Source of the DNA: Oscillospiraceae bacterium
Lineage (GTDB): Bacteria; Bacillota; Clostridia; Oscillospirales; Ruminococcaceae
Length of the DNA: 64,000 nucleotides
Reading direction: 5' to 3'
Assembly (NCBI GenBank): GCA_030153485.1
Contig: JAGUQX010000002.1
Coordinates: 26,250-90,249, forward strand
Positions 54,443 to 63,403 of this stretch are shown here, piece after piece (position 1 is the stretch's first letter; each line of letters begins with the position of its first letter). The notes beneath the pieces were generated by a model that saw nothing but the letters and a program-made list of their open reading frames with translations, did not search any database and had not been told where the DNA came from. Both the position numbers and the translations under genes were made by a program.

Positions 54443-57178
54443 TTATTTAGAAAATTTATTCTTTTTATGATTTGATAATATAGAGATAAAACTGGATATA
54501 ATAGGGGTTGATAGGCTGTAGATTAGTACAATTATTATATATTTTATATCTAATGGAGATGTCTTAAAGATAAATTGTAGGGTAGGTAGGTATATAATTA
54601 GGAAAATTATTATTAAAGAAAATATAACAGATATAATAAGTTTTATATTATTTAAATAGGGTAGATTAAATATATGTTTATCTTCACTTTTACATTCAAA
54701 CACATGGATAAGTTGGCTTATAACAAGAGATAGAAGAGCAGAAGTCCTTGCTATATCTATATCGCTAGAAATCTTATAGATAGAAATAAATGTTGCTACT
54801 GTTGTTATTCCTATAAAAATTCCCCTAAAAATTATTTTAGATAATAGACCGCTAGAAAATATGGAATCTAGATGTTTACGGGGATGTTTTTTCATGATAT
54901 TTTTTTCAGCAGGCTCTAGACTAAGAGATATAGCGGGGAGACCATCGGTTATAAGGTTTATAAATAAGATATGTATCGGAAGAAGTATGATAGGAATATT
55001 CATAATTATACAAAGAAACATAGCCATAACTTCCCCAATGTTACAAGCTATAAGATATCTAATAAATTTTCTTATATTTTGATAGATAGATCGACCTTCT
55101 TTTAAAGATTCTGTAATTGTGGCAAAGTTGTCGTCTATCAATATCATATCAGCTGCATCTTTTGACACATCTGTTCCGTTTATCCCCATAGAGATTCCAA
55201 TATCAGCTTCTTTTATAGCAGGAGCATCGTTTACACCATCTCCAGTCATAGCAACTATTTCTCCTTGAGATTTAAAAGTTTTTATAATTTTTAGCTTGTC
55301 TTCTGGAGAAACTCTGGCAAAAATAGTTGTGTTTTTTATCTTTTTATCTAGTTCGTATTGTGATATAGTTTTAAGTTCTTCTCCAGTTATAACTGTATTT
55401 TCTTTTTTATAAATTCCGATTTTTTTTCCAATTGCAATAGCTGTATTTTTATGATCCCCAGTTATCATTACTATTTTTACGCCTGCTTTTTGGCAGATAT
55501 TAATAGATTTTTTTGTTTCTTTTCTAATATTATCTATCATTCCAACCATTCCAATAAATATAAAGTTTGATTCTATATTTTTTATGTCATAATTATGGGC
55601 TAGCTCTTTATAGGCAAAAGCTATAACTCTAAGACTGTTGTTTGCAAGTTGGTTGTTTTTATTATTTAGAAATGATTTTTCTTTAAATCCCATATTTATT
55701 AGCCCATTGTCTGTTAGAATGGATGAAGATTTTTCTATTATAATATCAAAAGCACCTTTTGTTAGTAGATAATGTTTATTGTTTTTATCTGAAATAACAA
55801 CAGACATCATCTTTCTAGAGCTATCAAATGGAATTTCTTCTATACGTTTGTATAAAAATGATAGATTTTTTTTAAGAATTAATGCTTTTGCAGACATGAT
55901 AAGTAGGGAAATTTCTGTAGAATCCCCATTAGTTTCAAAACTTCCTTTTGCTAGGTTTTTTGCTCTATTCCTGCCAATAATTTCTTTATCATGAGAATAT
56001 ATTTCGCTGTTATTACATAGTACAGATGAAAGGATTAGCTTTTTTATAATAGGAAAACTAGATATATTAATATCTTTTTTATCAATTTGGAATCCTCCAG
56101 CTTTTGAATGTCCATCTCCTATAACTTGGATAGAATGGTCAAATGAAACAATTTCTTTAACTGTCATTTTATTTTCTGTAAGGGTTCCTGTCTTATCTGT
56201 ACATATAACTGTGGTGCATCCAAGCGTTTCTACTGTGTGAAGTTTTTTTATAATAGCTTTTTTTGAGATCATACGCTTTATAGATAAAGCTAGGCAGATT
56301 GTAACTATTGCTTGAAGCCCCTCTGGAATTCCAGCAACGGCGGTGGATAAGCTTAGTATAATCATTTGTGATATCGATTCACCTCTAATAATTCCTCCTA
56401 CAAAGACTATTAGGCAGATAGATATGCATACTATGGCGATGATTTTACTCATCTCTTTTAGCTTTTTTTGTAAGTTTGTCGGATGTGATTTTGACTCATT
56501 TATAAGGGAAGATATCTGTCCTATCTGAGAATTCATTCCTGTTGATATAACTAGAGCGGTTCCCCTTCCTTTTGTAACAACTGTTCCGCTGTATAGGATG
56601 GTTGATTTATTTAATGAGTTGTCTTTATCTAATATATTTCCAACTGTTTTTTTGGAAGAGATAGACTCTCCTGTTAAAACAGATTCGTCCACCATAAGCG
56701 TAGAAGCATTTAGAATAACTGCATCTGCGGGAACTTTATCTCCAGCAGATACAGAAAAAACATCTTCTATAACTATATCTTCTACAGGAATTTTTATAAA
56801 ATGGCCATCTCTTAAAACGTTTGCTTTGGGATAGGAAATTGTTTTTACAAAGTTTATAGATTTTTCTGTTTTAATCTCTTGTGTAAACCCTATAATAGCG
56901 TTTACACATATTATAACAGCTATGGTTATGGCTTCTATATAGTCGCCCATATATATTGATATTATTGTTGAGATAAGAAGGATAACAACTAATATATCTT
57001 TAAATTGCGTTCCAAATATTATAATTGGGTTTTTAATTTTTTTTTCTTTAAGCTTATTTTTGCCAAACCTTTCTAGATATTCTTTTCCTTGTTTAGATGA
57101 TAATCCTTCTTTTTTTGGAGAATAATTTTTAGAAAAATCAGAAATGATATCTGATTTTAAAATTTTCATAACTTTCAT
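54443..57178 (-). CDS. P-type cation-transporting ATPase (Ca2+-ATPase, P2A-like)
   Basis: TGES, CTDKTGTLT, MITGDH, MTGDGVNDAPA, 10-TM architecture. ATG 57178 is 8 nt after AAGGAG, and the track GTG 57187 overlaps the SD. Confidence 0.9.
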   Translation of the reverse strand: MKVMKILKSDIISDFSKNYSPKKEGLSSKQGKEYLERFGKNKLKEKKIKNPIIIFGTQFKDILVVILLISTIISIYMGDYIEAITIAVIICVNAIIGFTQEIKTEKSINFVKTISYPKANVLRDGHFIKIPVEDIVIEDVFSVSAGDKVPADAVILNASTLMVDESVLTGESISSKKTVGNILDKDNSLNKSTILYSGTVVTKGRGTALVISTGMNSQIGQISSLINESKSHPTNLQKKLKEMSKIIAIVCISICLIVFVGGIIRGESISQMIILSLSTAVAGIPEGLQAIVTICLALSIKRMISKKAIIKKLHTVETLGCTTVICTDKTGTLTENKMTVKEIVSFDHSIQVIGDGHSKAGGFQIDKKDINISSFPIIKKLILSSVLCNNSEIYSHDKEIIGRNRAKNLAKGSFETNGDSTEISLLIMSAKALILKKNLSFLYKRIEEIPFDSSRKMMSVVISDKNNKHYLLTKGAFDIIIEKSSSILTDNGLINMGFKEKSFLNNKNNQLANNSLRVIAFAYKELAHNYDIKNIESNFIFIGMVGMIDNIRKETKKSINICQKAGVKIVMITGDHKNTAIAIGKKIGIYKKENTVITGEELKTISQYELDKKIKNTTIFARVSPEDKLKIIKTFKSQGEIVAMTGDGVNDAPAIKEADIGISMGINGTDVSKDAADMILIDDNFATITESLKEGRSIYQNIRKFIRYLIACNIGEVMAMFLCIIMNIPIILLPIHILFINLITDGLPAISLSLEPAEKNIMKKHPRKHLDSIFSSGLLSKIIFRGIFIGITTVATFISIYKISSDIDIARTSALLSLVISQLIHVFECKSEDKHIFNLPYLNNIKLIISVIFSLIIIFLIIYLPTLQFIFKTSPLDIKYIIIVLIYSLSTPIISSFISILSNHKKNKFSK

Positions 57179-57291
57179 TTTGTACACTCCTTATAAAATA
57201 AAGTCTGCTAGTCCATTTTTATTCTATTTTATTTGTAAATATACTTTTTTATGTTTATAATAAAATGAAAATAGATATTTAGGAGATTTTT

Positions 57292-58248
57292 ATGAAAGAG
57301 ATAGTTATAAAAAAGGATGATTCTAATCAGAGGCTGGATAAATTTTTAACAAAATTTTATCCAAGGATACCAGTTTCAATGATTTATAAAAGCTGTAGAA
57401 AAAAAAGAATAAAGATAAATTATAAAAAAGCAGATTTTAGAACTATTTTAAGTGAGGGTGATATAATAAATCTATATTTAAATGATGAATTTTTGGAGAC
57501 AAATTCTAATACAGATTTTTTATTTGCAAAGGATGACTTAAATATTATTTATCAGGATCAAAATATATTATTAGTTGATAAACCTGTCGGACTGGTTGTA
57601 CATGCTGATGAAACTAAAACAGTAGATACTTTAATAAATAGGATTAAAAAATTTTTATTTGTTAATAAAGAATATAATCCAGAAGAGAGATCCTCGTTTA
57701 CACCATCTCTTTGTAATAGAATAGACAGGAATACAGCTGGGATTGTTATTGCTGCAAAAAATGCAGAAAGTTTACGAGTTATAAATCAAAAGATTAGAGA
57801 TAGAGAGATAGAAAAAAAATATCTAGCTGTTGTTTGGGGAAGATTAGAAAAAGATGAAGATATAATTAAACATTATATGATTAAGGATGAAAATAATAAG
57901 AGAGTTTCTGTTTATAACTATCCAATAGCTGGTGGAAAGACGATGATTACTAGTTATAAAAGATTGGATATTTATAAAGATATGACTTTGATAGAGGTTT
58001 CTTTGATTACAGGAAGAACTCATCAGATAAGATCCCATTTTAGTCATATAGGACATCCGCTTGTTGGAGATTTAAAATATGGTGAAAAACAATTCTCTGG
58101 GGCAAAACACCAACTTTTATATTCGTATAAAGTTTGCTTTAATTTTATTGATTCAGGTCAGATTTTAGATTATATAAATAAAAAAGAATTCATAGTTAAA
58201 GATATTCCTTTTCTTAAATTTTTTAATAATTATAAAAAAGAGAACTAA
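57292..58248 (+). CDS. RluA-family 23S rRNA pseudouridine synthase (RluC/RluD type) with an S4 domain
   Basis: S4-like N-terminus (QRLDKFL), catalytic NRIDRNTAG, HQIRSH..GHPLVGD.KYG. Confidence 0.85.
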   Translation: MKEIVIKKDDSNQRLDKFLTKFYPRIPVSMIYKSCRKKRIKINYKKADFRTILSEGDIINLYLNDEFLETNSNTDFLFAKDDLNIIYQDQNILLVDKPVGLVVHADETKTVDTLINRIKKFLFVNKEYNPEERSSFTPSLCNRIDRNTAGIVIAAKNAESLRVINQKIRDREIEKKYLAVVWGRLEKDEDIIKHYMIKDENNKRVSVYNYPIAGGKTMITSYKRLDIYKDMTLIEVSLITGRTHQIRSHFSHIGHPLVGDLKYGEKQFSGAKHQLLYSYKVCFNFIDSGQILDYINKKEFIVKDIPFLKFFNNYKKEN

Positions 58249-58339
58249 TAAAATAGTTCTCTTTTTTATTTTTTTATAGGACATACAAAAAAACTTTTTT
58301 CTTGAATATAGATAGTTTTAATGAAAGAAGGTTTTATAT

Positions 58340-59035
58340 ATGATTATTGAAATTATATCTATGATTTTTAGTAAAATATTATTTTTTGCATTACATGTAG
58401 ATGGGAACAAATCTTTTCCAAAACCATTATCTCAGAGTAAAGAGAAAGAATATTTTAAGAAGATGAAAGATGGAGATAAAAAATCTAGAGAAAAATTGAT
58501 AGAGCATAATCTTAGACTTGTAGCTCATATTATAAAAAAATATTATTCTTCACATAATGATCAAGAGGATCTAATTTCTATAGGAACAATAGGATTAATC
58601 AAGGCTGTATCGACATTTTCATATGATAAAGGAACAAAATTTTCTACATATGCGGCAAGATGTGTTGAAAATGAGATATTGATGCATTTTAGAAGTGTTA
58701 AAAAAACATCTTTAGAGGTGTTTATAAGCGACCCTATAGATGGACAGGGTGGTGGAGGAATAACGCTTATGGATATTGTTTCTGATGATGAGCTTGTTAT
58801 AGACAATATAATTGCAAAGATCAGATGCGAAACTCTTCATAAATTAATACAAGAACATCTAACTAGTAGAGAGAAGGTGATAATTATTCATAGATATGGT
58901 CTTGGTGGTAGCAACCCGTTAACCCAGTTGGAAGTTTCTAAAAAATTGAAAATATCTAGATCTTATGTTTCTAGAATAGAAAAGAAATGTTTAAATATAC
59001 TTAAAGAAAAGTTTGATATATTAAATAAAGAGTAG
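58340..59035 (+). CDS. sigK: Sporulation sigma factor SigK (pro-sigma-K), uninterrupted
   Basis: Hydrophobic pro-sequence, then NKSFPKPLS..EKEYF..M..GD..SREKLIEHNLRLVAHIIKKY (SigK-type region 2) and a region 4 HTH. Confidence 0.85.
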   Translation: MIIEIISMIFSKILFFALHVDGNKSFPKPLSQSKEKEYFKKMKDGDKKSREKLIEHNLRLVAHIIKKYYSSHNDQEDLISIGTIGLIKAVSTFSYDKGTKFSTYAARCVENEILMHFRSVKKTSLEVFISDPIDGQGGGGITLMDIVSDDELVIDNIIAKIRCETLHKLIQEHLTSREKVIIIHRYGLGGSNPLTQLEVSKKLKISRSYVSRIEKKCLNILKEKFDILNKE

Positions 59036-59067
59036 ATCTATTTAAAATCTACTCTTTATTTAATATA
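59017..59067. terminator. 21-bp-arm hairpin overlapping the sigK stop codon, between convergent sigK and the SDR gene
   Basis: 59017..59037 pairs with 59047..59067 around a 9-nt loop. The sigK TAG lies at 59033-59035. Confidence 0.65.
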
Positions 59068-59085
59068 ATTTTATAATATGAAAAA

Positions 59086-59937
59086 CTAAACGCCTGAATA
59101 TGAGGAAAATCCACCATCTATAGGAATAGTTATTCCGTTTATAAATCCAGAAAGTTCTGAAGATGCTAGAAAAGCGATTGCTCCATAAATTTCTTCTTCT
59201 ACGCCGAATCTTTCCATAGGGGTATTCATAATAATCTTTGTTCCTTTTGATGTAAGTTCTCCATCTTCTTCAAGTAGAGATAACTCGTTTGCAGATGTTA
59301 TAAAAAAACCAGGTGCAATGGAATTAACTCTTATATTTGTTTTTCCAAAGTGTACAGAAAGCCATTTTGTAAAATTTTCTATTGCAGATTTAGACGCAGA
59401 GTATGCTGGAATTTTTGTTAGAGGACAGATGGCATTTATAGATGATAAATTTATAATTGAGGATGGATTTTCGCTTTTTATCATATCTTCTGCAAAAACT
59501 TGTATTGGATTTAGCATAGATAAAAAATTTGCTGCTATTACATTTGAAGCGATTCCACCGTCTATATCAAAGAAAGAATTTATATCTTTATTGTCAATAT
59601 CGCCTTTCAAATAATACTCAAATGTTGTTGTTGTTTCTTTATTATTTCCACCTGATGCATTTATTAAAATATCACATGATCCAAAATCTTTAATAATTTT
59701 TTCTTTTGTTTTTGAAATTTCTGTTTTTATAAGAAGGTTTGTTTTATAAGATTTTACTATAAATCCTTGTGCAATTAGATCTTGTTCTAATCTGTTGGTT
59801 TCTTCAACCTTATTATCTACAAGTGCAATTTTTGCACCAAATTTTGCTAAATTTGTTATCGTAGAAGTGATTAATACATTACTTGACCCTGTTATAACCA
59901 CAGTTTTGTTGTCTAATGGTATATATAGATTTTTCAT
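59086..59937 (-). CDS. SDR-family oxidoreductase with an atypical nucleotide-binding motif
   Basis: Catalytic YSASK and NSIAPG are present. The N-terminal TGxxxGxG reads TGSSNVLIT. Confidence 0.7.
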   Translation of the reverse strand: MKNLYIPLDNKTVVITGSSNVLITSTITNLAKFGAKIALVDNKVEETNRLEQDLIAQGFIVKSYKTNLLIKTEISKTKEKIIKDFGSCDILINASGGNNKETTTTFEYYLKGDIDNKDINSFFDIDGGIASNVIAANFLSMLNPIQVFAEDMIKSENPSSIINLSSINAICPLTKIPAYSASKSAIENFTKWLSVHFGKTNIRVNSIAPGFFITSANELSLLEEDGELTSKGTKIIMNTPMERFGVEEEIYGAIAFLASSELSGFINGITIPIDGGFSSYSGV

Positions 59938-60023
59938 TATATTTCTCCTATAAGTTTTTATTATTTTATTAATCTAATTATCGACTAATAATTATATTTT
60001 TGGTAATAATTTTAATAATATCA

Positions 60024-60068
60024 GAATAATAGATATCTATAAATAGAATTTATAGATATCTATTATTC
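60024..60068. terminator. 45-nt hairpin (21-bp perfect arms) after the SIS gene and upstream of the SDR gene
   Basis: GAATAATAGATATCTATAAAT / ATTTATAGATATCTATTATTC with a 3-nt loop. Each arm contains the 12-bp palindrome ATAGATATCTAT. Confidence 0.6.
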
Positions 60069-60088
60069 AAAGTTATTATTTATAAATA

Positions 60089-61132
60089 TTATCTAGTAAT
60101 AGTTACTTTTTTTAGACCTCTAGGAGAGTCTGGGTTGTTTGATTTTAATATAGCTAGAGAGCATGCAAATGTTTGTCCTATTATTGCGGATGCAAAACAA
60201 GCCGATATCTCATCCATATCCTCTGGAAGTAGGATTGATTTATCTGATAAATCAGAAACTTTTTTTGAGTTTGTTATTGAAAGAACAAACGCATTTTCAT
60301 TTTTTAATTTTTCTATCATCTCTATAGAATCTTTTTCTACATGTTTATCAAGGCTAAGAAGGATAATAGGAATTTCAGAACTAACCATTGCAAAAGGCCC
60401 GTGGTGAAAATCAGAAACAGAATAACATCGAGCTCTTGCATATGTTGTTTCTTGAATTTTTAGAGCACATTCCATGGATATAGGATATCCAAATCCACGA
60501 GCAAGTACAAATATTTCATTAGAAAATCTAAAAATTTGTGAAGCGTCTATTGCGGATTGTGCTAAAGATAGAGCTGTATCAATTGTTGTATCAAGACTAT
60601 TTATAGCAGTGTCAAGCTCTTTTGATCCAGATAATTGTTTAACAAGAGCTGTTGCGAGATATAGTTGGGTTAAAAAAGTTTTTGTAGCGGCAACACTATT
60701 TTCTTTTCCAGCGTTACAGAATAGATGATATTTAGATTCTTTAGCAACAACAGATTCTTCTGTATTAGTTATTCCTATTGTTATTGCGCCTTGACTTTTT
60801 GCGGACTGGAGAACTTCTAATACATCTTGGGCAGATCCAGATTGTGAGATTCCTATAACTAATGAATTTGAAAAATTTATTTTTGATTGATATAGGGTTG
60901 TTATAGAAGGGGCTGCTAGAGATACAGGAATTCCGCAGAAGGTTTCAAAAAGATATTTTGCAAAATGTGCAACATGATCGGATGTTCCTCTTGCGGCAAT
61001 TATAATTGATGTGGGTTGTTTTTTGTTAAAGTCTTGTTCTATATTTTTTAAAATTTCCTTATTTTTTGTTATGCAATTAGGGATAGCTGTTTTTTGCTCG
61101 TTTATTTCTTTCCACATAATAGTCTTTTTCAT
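60089..61132 (-). CDS. Double-SIS-domain sugar-phosphate isomerase/deglycase (GlmS C-terminal / AgaS / FrlB-like)
   Basis: Two SIS repeats (AARGTSDH, GISQSGSAQD). About 347 aa and no glutaminase domain. Confidence 0.7.
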   Translation of the reverse strand: MKKTIMWKEINEQKTAIPNCITKNKEILKNIEQDFNKKQPTSIIIAARGTSDHVAHFAKYLFETFCGIPVSLAAPSITTLYQSKINFSNSLVIGISQSGSAQDVLEVLQSAKSQGAITIGITNTEESVVAKESKYHLFCNAGKENSVAATKTFLTQLYLATALVKQLSGSKELDTAINSLDTTIDTALSLAQSAIDASQIFRFSNEIFVLARGFGYPISMECALKIQETTYARARCYSVSDFHHGPFAMVSSEIPIILLSLDKHVEKDSIEMIEKLKNENAFVLSITNSKKVSDLSDKSILLPEDMDEISACFASAIIGQTFACSLAILKSNNPDSPRGLKKVTITR

Positions 61133-61298
61133 AAAAAAACTCCTTAATATAAATGTATTTATGCATAAACATTTCTAATTTATTAAATTATATAAGTTTT
61201 GAAAAATTTAGTCAATAATGCCATAAAATATTTAATTTTTTATTTTTATTTAAATATTTTATATATACTAAATTAGTTCAATAATTTGTTTAATAATC

Positions 61299-61327
61299 TT
61301 GACATAAAGTTAGTATAGTTATAAAAT
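61299..61327 (+). promoter_or_regulatory. Sigma-A type promoter candidate for rny
   Basis: TTGACA (61299-61304), 17 nt, TAAAAT (61322-61327). Implies a leader of about 120 nt. Confidence 0.5.
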
Positions 61328-61451
61328 GGTTATTGGTAGATATAAAAAATATTTTAGTATTTATTTACTAATAAATACTTTAAATACATATTTATAAATA
61401 TAAAATTTTATTGTTTAAATTCGTTATTATTTTAGAGAGGAATTTGATTTA

Positions 61452-63017
61452 ATGGAAATAACAACTGTTGTTTTGATTTGTGTTATTTCTTCTGTTTTAT
61501 TTAGTATTATTTTTGGGATTTTAGCTTTTTTTATTGGAATTGCTTATAGAAAAAAGGTTGCTGAAACTGAATTTGGTTCTGCAGAAGAACAAGCAATGAA
61601 AATTATTAATGATGCAATGAAATCTTCTGAAAACAAAAGAAAAGAATCATTACTAGAAGCTAAAGATGATATTCATAAGTTAAGGCTGGAGGCAAATCAA
61701 GATATTAAAGAAAGACACTCTGCTATTTCAAGGCAGGAAACAAGACTTCAACAAAAAGAAGAGTCTTTAGACAAAAAACTTGACAATATGGAGAAAAAAG
61801 AAGAAAAACTGTTAGAAAAAGAGAAAAGGACGAATAAAAATTTATCTAAGAGTGAAGAGTTGAAAAACTCTAGACTTGACGAATTAGAAAAAATAGCAGG
61901 ATTAACATCATCCGAAGCTAAAAAACAGATTTTAGAAAGACTTGAAAATGAATTGATAAGAGACAAAGCTATTATTATAAATCAATTTGAACAACAAACA
62001 AAAGATGATTCAGAAAAATTATCACGAGATATAATTTCTTTGGCTATATCTCGTTTTGCGGCGGATCATGTTTCAGAAATGGCTGTATCTGTTGTCTCTC
62101 TTCCTAGCGATGATATGAAAGGTCGTATAATCGGTAGAGAAGGAAGAAATATTAGAACATTAGAAACTTTGACGGGGGTAAGCCTTATAATCGATGATAC
62201 CCCTGAAGTTATTACTCTTTCTTGCTTTGATCCTGTTAGAAGGGAGATTGCTCGTATTTCTCTTGAAAAACTTATAGAAGATGGTAGAATTCATCCAAGT
62301 CGTATAGAAGAGATGGTTGAAAAAGCTAAACTAGAAGTTGAAGATAGAATAAAATCCGATGGAGAGAGAGCAGTTTTAGAAATAGGTATAATTGGAGTTT
62401 CTCCTGATCTTATAAAATTAATTGGTAGGCTTAGATATAGAACTAGCTATGGTCAGAATGTTTTAAAACATTCTATAGAGGTTGCTCATCTTTCTGGGAT
62501 GATGGCTAGTGAGCTTGGGCTTGATCCTATGATGGCTAGGAGAGCGGGGTTAATTCATGATATTGGAAAAGGACTTACTCATGAAATAGAGGGTTCTCAT
62601 GTTGATATCGGTGTATCTTATTGTAAAAAGTTTAAAGAACATCCTGATGTTATTCATGCTGTAGAAGCTCATCATGGTGATGTTGATGCCATAACTCCAC
62701 TTGCTTGTATTGTAAAAGCAGCTGATGCTATTTCTGCCGCTAGACCTGGAGCAAGACAAGAAAATCTTGAAAATTATGTAAAAAGATTAGAAAAATTAGA
62801 GCAGATAGCATGTTCGTTTGATGGAGTTGAAAAATCTTTTGCTATACAAGCGGGCAGAGAGGTTCGTATAATTATAAATCCCGAAGAAGTTAGCGATGAT
62901 CAAATAGTTATTATTGCTAGAGGAATTGTTAAAAAAATAGAAGAAGAACTTCAATATCCTGGACAGATAAAGGTTCATGTTGTTAGAGAAAGTCGGGTTG
63001 TTGAATACGCAAAATAA
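61452..63017 (+). CDS. rny: Ribonuclease Y
   Basis: N-terminal TM, coiled coil, KH ([12 protein letters not shown]), HD domain (HDIGK, EAHHGD). Confidence 0.95.
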   Translation: MEITTVVLICVISSVLFSIIFGILAFFIGIAYRKKVAETEFGSAEEQAMKIINDAMKSSENKRKESLLEAKDDIHKLRLEANQDIKERHSAISRQETRLQQKEESLDKKLDNMEKKEEKLLEKEKRTNKNLSKSEELKNSRLDELEKIAGLTSSEAKKQILERLENELIRDKAIIINQFEQQTKDDSEKLSRDIISLAISRFAADHVSEMAVSVVSLPSDDMKGRIIGREGRNIRTLETLTGVSLIIDDTPEVITLSCFDPVRREIARISLEKLIEDGRIHPSRIEEMVEKAKLEVEDRIKSDGERAVLEIGIIGVSPDLIKLIGRLRYRTSYGQNVLKHSIEVAHLSGMMASELGLDPMMARRAGLIHDIGKGLTHEIEGSHVDIGVSYCKKFKEHPDVIHAVEAHHGDVDAITPLACIVKAADAISAARPGARQENLENYVKRLEKLEQIACSFDGVEKSFAIQAGREVRIIINPEEVSDDQIVIIARGIVKKIEEELQYPGQIKVHVVRESRVVEYAK

Positions 63018-63020
63018 AAT

Positions 63021-63054
63021 AAAAAATGCTTGTATTATAATACAAGCATTTTTT
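63021..63054. terminator. 34-bp perfect palindrome, bidirectional terminator between rny and bofA
   Basis: AAAAAATGCTTGTATTA|TAATACAAGCATTTTTT. Confidence 0.75.
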
Positions 63055-63066
63055 TATTTTATAATT

Positions 63067-63315
63067 TCAACTAAATAGTATTATCATAACTATTCCTGGA
63101 ATCCCTAATATTAGAGCTATTATAATATTTAAGATATTCATCTTTATAGAAAAGCCAAATAAGCTTGATACTATATTTATAATTCCTATAAATATAAATG
63201 ATAGTATAGAATTTATAAAAAGTTTTTTTATTCTTTTTTTTGCTTTAAACAGATAAAAACTAACAGATAATAACATTGGCAGTATTGTGAAGGAGATTAT
63301 AAAATCATAATTCAA
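63067..63315 (-). CDS. bofA: Pro-sigma-K processing inhibitor BofA
   Basis: 82-aa two-TM protein. The C-terminal ALILGIPGIVMIIL matches the conserved BofA GILGIPGI motif. Confidence 0.7.
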   Translation of the reverse strand: MNYDFIISFTILPMLLSVSFYLFKAKKRIKKLFINSILSFIFIGIINIVSSLFGFSIKMNILNIIIALILGIPGIVMIILFS

Positions 63316-63403
63316 TATTTCTTCTCCTTTTATTTTTATTATCTATTTATATTAAATAAAAAAAGATGATATAACTTTTAATAAGCTATATCATCTTTTT
63401 TAT

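Noticed and set aside
58282-58287. A sigma-E/sigma-K-type -10 (CATACA) upstream of sigK, and possible forespore-type promoter elements upstream of spoVT (34075..34168).
   Set aside because: These are short degenerate motifs in DNA that is over 75 percent AT, with no convincing -35 partner at the right spacing. They cannot be supported without transcript mapping.
61356-61379. A 10-bp inverted repeat (AGTATTTATT/AATAAATACT) in the long rny leader, considered as a possible regulatory RNA element.
   Set aside because: It is almost entirely A:T pairs, so very weak, and no conserved riboswitch-like features are recognisable. It is likely fortuitous.
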